This document shows positions 47,174-55,129 of a stretch of 64,000 bases of DNA, in pieces. The notes beneath the pieces are model-generated. The model was not told where the DNA came from, did no database searches, and saw nothing but the letters and a program-made list of their open reading frames with translations. The position numbers and the translations under genes are program-made. Each line of letters starts with the position of its first letter. The first letter of the stretch is position 1. This DNA is from a virus: the IMG/VR virus record IMGVR_UViG_3300028025_000090; one strand, written 5' to 3'.

Positions 47174-47380
47174 ATGGACGAAGAAACGAAATTACAAATC
47201 GAGGATGCTAGAGCATCTATTCAAGCTCTTGATCATCAACAACAAGAAATTTATAAAAATATCAAAGATTTAGTGAACCCTGATATCGAAGATTATCTAT
47301 GGGATTACTGCTTCAATTGTGAAATTGGTGACAGATCGGAATTTATCACAAGAACAAAAGAAATTATTTATGGCGATTAA
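47174..47380 (+). CDS. hypothetical protein
   Basis: 68-aa ORF. Confidence 0.5.
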   Translation: MDEETKLQIEDARASIQALDHQQQEIYKNIKDLVNPDIEDYLWDYCFNCEIGDRSEFITRTKEIIYGD

Positions 47381-47624
47381 CGAAATTACAGGAAAAGTCA
47401 TTAAAACATCTCCTCAGAATTCTACATATTCTGAAGGATGGGAAAAAGTCTTCGCTAAGAAATCTGCAAACGAATGGCTCAAGACGATGCCAGATGTTCA
47501 AATGATGGACCCTGATGGTTGGAGACAGAACGATGGTGTCGATATGGATACCCCAATCAAATGGTCTGATTTCCAAAAAAGATTAAACATTTCAACAATA
47601 CTTTGTAAAATACCCAATGTATAA
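47370..47624 (+). CDS. hypothetical protein
   Basis: MAINEITG...EGWEKVF + DPDGWR...FQKRL; start refined. Confidence 0.55.
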   Translation: MAINEITGKVIKTSPQNSTYSEGWEKVFAKKSANEWLKTMPDVQMMDPDGWRQNDGVDMDTPIKWSDFQKRLNISTILCKIPNV

Positions 47625-48006
47625 TTTATTCTTAGACGATGTTAGAAACCCGAAAGAAGCATTTCTTTATGAGGAGAAAAAAATGTTGTGTGAATACTCT
47701 GGTATCCCCAATGGTTGTTGGGAAATTGCCAGAAATTATGAAGACTTTGTAAAAATCCTTAAAGAAAAGGGATTACCACGAGCAGTTTCTTTCGATTGTG
47801 ATTTGTGTGAAGACCATATGGTTCATTACATGAAAGAAACAACACGGTCTGAAATTTATGAATGGGAAAATTTTAATATCAAATGCGGTATTCACTGTGC
47901 CTATTACTTTAAATCATTATTAACAGGTGACGAAGATATTAAAATCTATGTTCACACTGCAAATCACGTAGGAAGACGAATCATTAAACAAATATTATCA
48001 TGCTAA
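47617..48006 (+). CDS. cyclic-phosphate-processing receiver-like domain protein
   Basis: LFLDDVRNP, ARNYEDF, VSFDCDL, YVHTANHVG. Confidence 0.7.
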   Translation: MYNLFLDDVRNPKEAFLYEEKKMLCEYSGIPNGCWEIARNYEDFVKILKEKGLPRAVSFDCDLCEDHMVHYMKETTRSEIYEWENFNIKCGIHCAYYFKSLLTGDEDIKIYVHTANHVGRRIIKQILSC

Positions 48007-48524
48007 ATAAAATTTTCATAGATCTCGACGAGACATTAATATCTGGATCAGCGGCATCCCGATATCTAACTGATTGTGATTTCACTATCGCATTAGAATA
48101 CGGTGGTGTTTATGACATCAAAGTCCGACCATCAGCACTCGATGTCATTAAATTGGCACGTAGCTATGTTGGATCGGAAAACGTGTATATATTGACAATT
48201 GCGACAAGAGAATACGCAACAGAAATATCAAGATTAGCTTGTTTCGACTTTCATTCTGAGAATATAATTCCCAGAGAGGAAATTCACCAAGCAACATATA
48301 AGACATTATACGGTGGTATGAATTATGGGACTAATATTAAAATATCAAATTCTGATAATGTTTTGATTGATAATCTTCCTGCCAGAGAGAATGAGCGAAA
48401 AATGATTTATATTGGTATTAAACCTGATCGTTATCTCAGTATCACGCCTTATTACGGGACGAATTTTGAGGATGACGATTTCTACTCATCGGTAGAAGAA
48501 TTTCTCTTGCAAAAATCCAAATAA
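48000..48524 (+). CDS. HAD/FCP1-NIF-like phosphatase
   Basis: IFIDLDETLI, VRPSA, ILT, VLIDN. Confidence 0.75.
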   Translation: MLNKIFIDLDETLISGSAASRYLTDCDFTIALEYGGVYDIKVRPSALDVIKLARSYVGSENVYILTIATREYATEISRLACFDFHSENIIPREEIHQATYKTLYGGMNYGTNIKISNSDNVLIDNLPARENERKMIYIGIKPDRYLSITPYYGTNFEDDDFYSSVEEFLLQKSK

Positions 48525-48538
48525 CAGTAAATATTTCT

Positions 48539-48865
48539 ATGAAGAATAATATTACCACACAAGGTTATTTTGTTAAAAGATTGAGAGATTCTGGTTTCAT
48601 CGTGGTCAAATTGTTTGATCAATACGGTCAACACGATCCTCGTAAATGGTCTGTGATGGTAGATCCGAGTAATACATCTGTAATGATCACTTGTTATCAA
48701 AATAAAGAGTTCAAAGGTGATATTTTATTCGAGATTAATGACGGTGGAAATCGTTTTATTAAAAATTTCAACCTTAAAACACAAAGTATGGAGATTATTA
48801 TCACCACTTTGATTGAAAAGGGTGTCGGGCAGATCGAAGAAAATTCAGTCTATAAAAAAGACTAA
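48539..48865 (+). CDS. hypothetical late protein
   Basis: TAAATA at 48528-48533, 5 nt upstream. Confidence 0.65.
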   Translation: MKNNITTQGYFVKRLRDSGFIVVKLFDQYGQHDPRKWSVMVDPSNTSVMITCYQNKEFKGDILFEINDGGNRFIKNFNLKTQSMEIIITTLIEKGVGQIEENSVYKKD

Positions 48866-48873
48866 ATAATATT

Positions 48874-49185
48874 ATGGAAAAGGGAGAAGAACCCCCTGAT
48901 GAGGTATTTGTAGATGAAAAGGTTTTGGAAATCCTTAGAGAATCTTTGAAGCAAAAGCTCAAAAGAGATAGGAAAGGTAGCAAAAGCGTAATTAAAAATG
49001 CCTTAAAAGCTACAATGCAAGAATTTTTAACATGCGGTAAACTTATTGGATATGATTTGGATGGAAATGTTGTGGAAATCTCATTTCATTCCAATAAACT
49101 GGAAGATAACGCCATGCAGAACCTCTTTATTCAAAAATTTGGAGAGTTTATGGCTGGCAGAATGAATATATCAGGTGATTTTTAA
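48874..49185 (+). CDS. hypothetical late protein
   Basis: TAAATA at 48863-48868, 5 nt upstream. Confidence 0.65.
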   Translation: MEKGEEPPDEVFVDEKVLEILRESLKQKLKRDRKGSKSVIKNALKATMQEFLTCGKLIGYDLDGNVVEISFHSNKLEDNAMQNLFIQKFGEFMAGRMNISGDF

Positions 49186-49462
49186 TTTTTTAAAACCAAA
49201 AATAAAAAAAGGCGATGTCTATGCTGTTCAAGTAGGAGACTTCGTTGGTCAATTCTTTAATTTTATTAAAAAAGATGGCGATGAATACATTTTTCTTTCC
49301 ACACCAATGATGGAAATCCAACGAGTCCCGAAAGAAAAATTTGACTTTGCAAAAGAACAAGGTATCATTGAATACATTGAAAATCTTCCAAGAAATATCT
49401 TCCAAGTTATCGAAGCGGAATATCAACACCAATCAAAAAAGATTGGTGGAGATTCCAAGTGA
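49175..49462 (+). CDS. hypothetical protein
   Basis: 95-aa coupled ORF. Confidence 0.55.
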   Translation: MIFNFLKPKIKKGDVYAVQVGDFVGQFFNFIKKDGDEYIFLSTPMMEIQRVPKEKFDFAKEQGIIEYIENLPRNIFQVIEAEYQHQSKKIGGDSK

Positions 49463-50465
49463 TTACGTTGTATCCAAATTTTACGAATTTGGGTATAAAG
49501 TGAGTCATAATACTCATGGGAACACGTATAATTGTTGTTGCCCTATCTGTAGAGAAGGAAAAAGCTGGGGTCATAAGAAAAGATGCTTCTATATTCCAGA
49601 GAATGATAACATTTTTTGTCATAATTGTGGGTGGTCATCCAAACCTTACAAATGGATTAAAGAAGTTTCAGGAATGTCATTCAATCAAATAGTCGATGAG
49701 ATTGAAAAAGGTAATTTCGGTATGATAAATGTGATGGATTTAGAAGAAAAAGAAGAAAAACCAAAGACTACATCGTCTTTACCAGTGGATAGTATTAATT
49801 TATCTGATAAAAATCAGACAGATTACTACAAGAATAATAAGATTGTCCAAAAAGCCTTGGATTATATCAAGGAGAGACGATTGAATAAGGCTGTAAACCA
49901 TCCTGATGCATTCTATTTGTCGTTGAAAGACCGTGTGCATAATAACCGTCTAGTGATACCATTCAAAGATGAGTCAGGTAAGATAATCTATTACCAATCC
50001 AGAAGGATTTTGGATGATGAGTCTCCGAGTTACTTGTCAAAAGACGGTGGAGATAAAAGTGTCTTCGGTATCGAGCGAGTATCGTCTGACTTAGATAAGG
50101 TGTTTATCATTGAAGGACCGTTAGATGCTTGTTTCGTAAAAAACGGATTAGGTATTGGAGGTATTACTAAAGGTGAACAATTGTTTACTTTTAGTCAACA
50201 AGAACAAATGGATGGTTTAAAATTCTTTGAGAGAATTTGGGTGCTTGATAGCCAATGGATCGATAAGACTGCACGAGAAAAAACCCTAAAGCTCATAGAG
50301 ATGGGGGAGAAAGTCTTTATATGGCCTGAATACGATGGAAAAAGATTCAAAGACATAAATGCCGTATGTATGGCTTATGAAATGAACGAATACCCGACAG
50401 ATTTAATTCTGAAGAACACCCACAAAGGGTTGGCAGCAACTGTGAAGATGAAATTGATCAAATGA
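49341..50465 (+). CDS. gp61: DNA primase gp61
   Basis: CPIC...FCHNC zinc finger, RLVIPF, EGPLD TOPRIM, KDIN; true start probably near 49443-49446. Confidence 0.92.
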   Translation: MTLQKNKVSLNTLKIFQEISSKLSKRNINTNQKRLVEIPSDYVVSKFYEFGYKVSHNTHGNTYNCCCPICREGKSWGHKKRCFYIPENDNIFCHNCGWSSKPYKWIKEVSGMSFNQIVDEIEKGNFGMINVMDLEEKEEKPKTTSSLPVDSINLSDKNQTDYYKNNKIVQKALDYIKERRLNKAVNHPDAFYLSLKDRVHNNRLVIPFKDESGKIIYYQSRRILDDESPSYLSKDGGDKSVFGIERVSSDLDKVFIIEGPLDACFVKNGLGIGGITKGEQLFTFSQQEQMDGLKFFERIWVLDSQWIDKTAREKTLKLIEMGEKVFIWPEYDGKRFKDINAVCMAYEMNEYPTDLILKNTHKGLAATVKMKLIK

Positions 50466-50481
50466 TCAATAATTGATATTA

Positions 50482-50895
50482 TTAAGACTTCTTCGCAGCG
50501 ATGAACGCTTGTTGCAGAGCAGCGAGATCAGAAGCGATACGACCAATCTTAACTTGTTGTCTTTGCAAGTTTCCTAAAATAGAATCAGGATTTGCAGTGG
50601 CTAGAACGCTTTGAATGCTGTTTGGTTGATCACCATTCAAATAACCAAGGAACTTATCAATGTTATTACTCCATTTATCGACAACGCCCACCATTTGCTC
50701 ATTCTGACGAGCGACAGCATCACCAATTTCATCCATAGCATTTGGATCGGGCTCAACATCCACATCGTAATCATCGAGATTCACACCATCATCTAATTGT
50801 CCACCAGCAGCAGCTTCTTCAGCAGCAGGATCGAAATCGAGTTCAGGTGCTTCTCTGAGTAATTTAATGAATTTAGCTTGAAATTTGTTTCGCAT
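50482..50895 (-). CDS. acidic hypothetical late protein, candidate head core/internal protein
   Basis: TAAATA at 50901-50906, 5 nt upstream; MRNKFQAKFIKLLREA. Confidence 0.7.
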   Translation of the reverse strand: MRNKFQAKFIKLLREAPELDFDPAAEEAAAGGQLDDGVNLDDYDVDVEPDPNAMDEIGDAVARQNEQMVGVVDKWSNNIDKFLGYLNGDQPNSIQSVLATANPDSILGNLQRQQVKIGRIASDLAALQQAFIAAKKS

Positions 50896-50931
50896 ACTAT
50901 TATTTAGCTGAAATGATTAAATAATCTATAT

Positions 50932-51285
50932 ATGGCTGCTTCTAATTCTCCTTATTCCACTGCAATCGCTTCTGGTGCTATTGATTTTGATTTCAAAAAT
51001 CCTTTAAATCCTTCTGAGCAGATGAGAAAATACAAAACGGACGAGAAATTGGCGCAAGCACCAGACACTCTCCCATATGAATTCGAGGGTCTACCTCAAT
51101 ATTTGGCTAATATCCAAGATAGTGCATTTCAAGCGTCTTCTAAATTGGATAATATTATTAAAATGGAAAAATATCAACAAAATGGTGATCTAATTAAGCT
51201 AAAAGGTAATCTGGAGAAGATCATGATGTATTTGATGAAAAATGGTGACAAGATATTGTCGAATTATACCATTGGCAACGATTAA
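50932..51285 (+). CDS. hypothetical late protein
   Basis: TAAATA at 50918-50923, divergent from the previous promoter. Confidence 0.6.
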   Translation: MAASNSPYSTAIASGAIDFDFKNPLNPSEQMRKYKTDEKLAQAPDTLPYEFEGLPQYLANIQDSAFQASSKLDNIIKMEKYQQNGDLIKLKGNLEKIMMYLMKNGDKILSNYTIGND

Positions 51286-51300
51286 AAACTAGATTATAGT
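51272..51300 (+). promoter_or_regulatory. sigma70-type promoter TTGGCA-N17-TATAGT, 6 nt before ATG at 51307
   Basis: direct reading. Confidence 0.5.
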
Positions 51301-51306
51301 TGGGGC

Positions 51307-51789
51307 ATGTTTAAAATCCCCAAAAAATCAAAAATGAAGCGTATTCATGGGAATGTCTCCATGAGCAACTGTTTTTTAATTAATATGAGCAATAAAAAGA
51401 AAAAGAAAAACAAACAGAAGTGGCTAACTGACAAGCTAAAAGGTGATTGGATGGATAAAGATTCGATTATTGAAATTGCTCTTTTCAATTCCTTAATTCA
51501 TTATGTTGAAAAAGAAGATGGGCTTAATGACAGTTGTTATGACTTTTCTGAAGAGTTACAAAAGGGACATGTCAGACAGGATACTGTGGATGCCATCAAA
51601 CTCAGACAAAAAGAACTTAACGATGTGTATCTTTATCTGAAAAATGAGCGTCCTGCTTTGAAAAAACAGGTTGATGAGTGGGATGGGACTAATATTGATG
51701 AATTTGTAGCACTAGAAGATTCGCTTTTGAATAAAGATACAGAATTGATGAATACAATTGTAAAATACAGAGGATACATGTGGACATGA
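51307..51789 (+). CDS. hypothetical protein
   Basis: ORF ending YRGYMWT; start uncertain. Confidence 0.55.
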   Translation: MFKIPKKSKMKRIHGNVSMSNCFLINMSNKKKKKNKQKWLTDKLKGDWMDKDSIIEIALFNSLIHYVEKEDGLNDSCYDFSEELQKGHVRQDTVDAIKLRQKELNDVYLYLKNERPALKKQVDEWDGTNIDEFVALEDSLLNKDTELMNTIVKYRGYMWT

Positions 51790-51814
51790 AATCAAATTGT
51801 AGAGGATTGAGAAA

Positions 51815-52573
51815 ATGAAAGATAATAGTATTGAAAATCACGAAGCATATAAAAATTGCGAAGGAAAGCTAATCTGTCAATTGATCGGTGGTTCTACTTT
51901 GTATGGATTGAACACGCCAGAGTCCGATGTTGATTATCGTGGTCTATTTGTTGCTAAAAATAAGCGATATCTAGCTAATTTGGATAATATTGAATCGATT
52001 GTCCAGACTGATGACATTGATTCTACTTATTATGAGATCACTCGATACTTAAAATTATTGAGAAAGAGCAATACTCAGGTATTGGAGATATTATTCGCTC
52101 CCGACACAGCATTTACATACAAACATCCAATCTTTGATGAGATTGCGTCCCATGCTTACGATCTAATCGACACTAATACCCTTAAAAATTCATTAAAGGG
52201 TTATGTATTCAGCGAAATTCGATTGGCTACTGGGCAAAGAAGCGGTCAATTAGGCGGTAAGAGGAAAAAAGCAGTGGAAACCTATGGGTTCAGTCCAAAA
52301 AACTTTGTTCAAATTCTTCGATTGTGTAAAGTCGGTATTGAGTTCTTCACCACTGGTAAATACATGGTAAACGTCAAGGAATTTGATGAGAAGTATTGGG
52401 AGAAATTGATGGATTTAAAAACTAGCCCACAATACTACACATGCGAGCAATTGGAACAAATGGTGAACGAAGAATTTGGCAAGTTGGAAGGAATCATGGA
52501 GTCATCTAAGATCTCTTTCAAATTTGATCCAGACATTGCAGCAGATATTATTTTAAAAGCAAAACAAATATGA
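51815..52573 (+). CDS. Pol-beta-superfamily nucleotidyltransferase (RlaP/Nuc-transf-like)
   Basis: GGSTLYGLNTPESDVDYRG. Confidence 0.85.
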   Translation: MKDNSIENHEAYKNCEGKLICQLIGGSTLYGLNTPESDVDYRGLFVAKNKRYLANLDNIESIVQTDDIDSTYYEITRYLKLLRKSNTQVLEILFAPDTAFTYKHPIFDEIASHAYDLIDTNTLKNSLKGYVFSEIRLATGQRSGQLGGKRKKAVETYGFSPKNFVQILRLCKVGIEFFTTGKYMVNVKEFDEKYWEKLMDLKTSPQYYTCEQLEQMVNEEFGKLEGIMESSKISFKFDPDIAADIILKAKQI

Positions 52574-53085
52574 AATACGGGAAACAGATATTATTGGGAG
52601 TAGTGGCTTCAAGTGCCATTGCTTATGGGTTATCAGATAATTTGGAGTCATTCTCTAAAACATTCGTCTTAGCTGGATTAGGTTACGGTTCGATTTATTA
52701 CTGGTCGCAAAATAAGAAGACAAATGATAAAAGAGTGGAAGAATTGGAAGAACTTTTGGGAAAGAAAAAAGTTGATGAGCGCGTCGAGACTCTGGAGAAT
52801 ATGCTTCAAGAATCCGATGTGGTAATCACGGAGCAAGAAGAAGTTATTAAAAATTATGAGGAACTATTGGACGATGCATCTGTCAAATTCCCTTGTAATT
52901 GTGGTAACAACATGTTCGATGGCATTTTTAAACCAATGGAAGAATTTGTTGTTGAATGTGACTACTGCAAAAACAAATATTCCGTCACACTTAAATTGGA
53001 TACTATACTGATCACTGAACCAATCGAAGAACTTAACATTGATAAACTAATTAACGAAAATACAAATGATAAAAATAGAAACTAA
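52570..53085 (+). CDS. membrane-anchored coiled-coil protein with CxC/CxxC motifs
   Basis: two N-terminal hydrophobic segments; PCNCG, CDYC. Confidence 0.55.
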   Translation: MKYGKQILLGVVASSAIAYGLSDNLESFSKTFVLAGLGYGSIYYWSQNKKTNDKRVEELEELLGKKKVDERVETLENMLQESDVVITEQEEVIKNYEELLDDASVKFPCNCGNNMFDGIFKPMEEFVVECDYCKNKYSVTLKLDTILITEPIEELNIDKLINENTNDKNRN

Positions 53086-53296
53086 AAAAGGAAATGTGGA
53101 AATGACACTGACTGAATTTGCAAGATGGGCATGTTTAGCGGAAGCATTTATCTTCATTGAAAACAAAGCTGAAGAACTAAACATTAACCCTATTAACATG
53201 ATTAAGCCACTGGCAATTGAAAAATACATTGATGAGCGATACCATGCAATGCTTTCTGATGTTCGATATGAGTATGATTTAGGAATTTTGGAGTAA
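53066..53296 (+). CDS. hypothetical protein
   Basis: 76-aa ORF. Confidence 0.55.
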   Translation: MIKIETKKGNVEMTLTEFARWACLAEAFIFIENKAEELNINPINMIKPLAIEKYIDERYHAMLSDVRYEYDLGILE

Positions 53297-54118
53297 TCCT
53301 ATAACTTCTTTCTCAATTTCCGATTGTTTATCTTCCGATAATACGTCTTTGAAATGTTCTTTCAATTCGTTTGTCGGAAGATTCAATTCGTGAAAACCTA
53401 ACATGTAATTACGAAATCTTTCTTCGTATTTGTTCGGATAAGTGACCCCATTTGGTCTATTAAAACGATGTAACCATCTTAAAAACGGTAAGCACAATGT
53501 TCTTTTACCATTTTTTATGTATTTTTTATGAATATATCCTTCTTCTCCACCGAATCCACGAAATTCTTTGTTAAATCCTAACCAAGAATTTTTTCTACAC
53601 GAGAAAAGACCAAGACCCTGAGAGGGGATTTCAAAGGGATCGTTATCTTTATCTGATCCTCTTTCATCTGTTTGCCAAGTGCCTAACATATGTCCTCTCC
53701 ATGTAAAGTCGAAATGAGTTGAATAATTTTTCAAATCATCATAAATGATCGGTCCTTGTAGGAGATTACCATCATCTAAACCACTGTCATAAAAATCTAT
53801 CAGTCTTTTTAAAGATCCTTTTTCCAAAAGGACATGAGAATCAATTGATAACACATAGGGAGTATCTGCCAACTCGAATATTTTATTTCTAATACTGGTT
53901 GATTTGTATTTTACGAAAGGAAGATATTGAAACGGTTCTTTCATCCAATTTGTTAAATCCCTTATCGCTTTACCATGATTTGAATCAGGATTATTATCAA
54001 TAATTACAAATTCGATATTATCCAAAACTTCCGAATGATACATTCTTATCGCTTGAATGGTGAAATATACCCCATCATAATCATCATGTGTCGCCATTCC
54101 AATGGTCAGTTTTCGCAT
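53279..54118 (-). CDS. glycosyltransferase family 2
   Basis: IGMATHDD, IIDNN, SIDSHVL, GFGGEEG. Confidence 0.85.
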   Translation of the reverse strand: MRKLTIGMATHDDYDGVYFTIQAIRMYHSEVLDNIEFVIIDNNPDSNHGKAIRDLTNWMKEPFQYLPFVKYKSTSIRNKIFELADTPYVLSIDSHVLLEKGSLKRLIDFYDSGLDDGNLLQGPIIYDDLKNYSTHFDFTWRGHMLGTWQTDERGSDKDNDPFEIPSQGLGLFSCRKNSWLGFNKEFRGFGGEEGYIHKKYIKNGKRTLCLPFLRWLHRFNRPNGVTYPNKYEERFRNYMLGFHELNLPTNELKEHFKDVLSEDKQSEIEKEVIGLLQNS

Positions 54119-54129
54119 GTAAATAATTA

Positions 54130-54624
54130 TTAGAATCCTAATTTATTACAAGTATTATCTATACATTTTGGAATTAAAATTGTTGGAATAGTAGTCGTAG
54201 TAGTCGTGGTAGTTGTAGTAGTTGTAGTGGTCGTGTTTGTTATATTGATATTTAAAGGATTTAAAGTGCTTGGTGGTGTCAACGAAACCGATAATGGTGG
54301 TATAGAGATAGTGGTAAAATTCGGCACAATAGGTGGTAAATTTACCGTGACTTCTGGTGGAGGTACGCAACATTTTTCAGTTGTTGTTTCAGGTGGAACA
54401 GTTGTTGTTGGCGGTGGAGTCGTTGTAGCAGTGGTAGAAGTAGACGTAGAAGTAGAGGTAGATGTAGAAGTAGATGTAGTAGGTGGAGGAGTAGTAGATG
54501 TAGAGGTAGATGTAGAGGTAGATGTAGTAGGTGAAGGAGTAGTAGATGTAGTAGGTGGAGGAGTAGTAGATGTAGTAGGTGGAGTAGTAGTAGTAGTAGG
54601 TTGAAAAGTAGTAGTAGTAGACAT
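54130..54624 (-). CDS. Thr/Pro/Ser-rich mucin-like protein
   Basis: TTSTTPPP repeats, (TS)n, poly-T, CC and C..C motifs. Confidence 0.65.
   Translation of the reverse strand: MSTTTTFQPTTTTTPPTTSTTPPPTTSTTPSPTTSTSTSTSTSTTPPPTTSTSTSTSTSTSTSTTATTTPPPTTTVPPETTTEKCCVPPPEVTVNLPPIVPNFTTISIPPLSVSLTPPSTLNPLNINITNTTTTTTTTTTTTTTTIPTILIPKCIDNTCNKLGF
54430..54621. repeat. tandem low-complexity repeats (24-nt GTAGTAGATGTAGTAGGTGGAGGA-like and 12-nt GTAGATGTAGAG-like units)
   Basis: visible on the plus strand, nearly devoid of C. Confidence 0.85.
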
Positions 54625-54659
54625 GATAGAATATAGATTTACGAAATTTATTTTTTAAA

Positions 54660-55127
54660 TTACATTAAAATATAATTATTATCAGTCACTATGTAAAACG
54701 TATTCGCATCCCGAGTACTTGATAAAGTTGAAAAAGTTGTTCTATTAGTGCTTACTAAATTTGTTATAGTACTTCCAAAAACAGATATTTGTGTGTTGCT
54801 ATCAATTCCTTTACCTCCAATAGCCTCCCAATCGCCAATATTAGCTCCAGTGCCACTCTTCAATCGATATAGTATTTTGGTGTCACTATTATAAACAGTG
54901 TCTCCAATTTCTGCTGGAGCGACACTGGTGATATTTGTCACTGTCCCTTTAAATAGATTACCAGCGAGGACACCACCAGTCGTCACTCCATCACCAATAA
55001 ATAATCTTTTGGTATCAGTAGTGAAAGCAGGTTCCCCCGAATTAAAAATTATATTTCGGCGTTCATTATCAGTTCCTTGACGGAATAAAATTTTTAATAG
55101 CGTGTTATTGAAGATTTGTATACTCAT
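54660..55127 (-). CDS. short tail-fibre protein with Mtd_N/hyaluronidase-N-like domain
   Basis: ILFRQGT...GEPAFTTDTKRLFIGDG. Confidence 0.75.
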   Translation of the reverse strand: MSIQIFNNTLLKILFRQGTDNERRNIIFNSGEPAFTTDTKRLFIGDGVTTGGVLAGNLFKGTVTNITSVAPAEIGDTVYNSDTKILYRLKSGTGANIGDWEAIGGKGIDSNTQISVFGSTITNLVSTNRTTFSTLSSTRDANTFYIVTDNNYILM

Positions 55128-55129
55128 GA

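Noticed and set aside
54206-54604. Val/Gly-rich plus-strand ORF
   Set aside because: Antisense shadow of the Thr/Pro repeat gene; the flanking operon is on the minus strand.
54430-54621. Repeat array as a possible CRISPR
   Set aside because: No unique spacers; the repeats are in-frame codon repeats and no cas genes are present.
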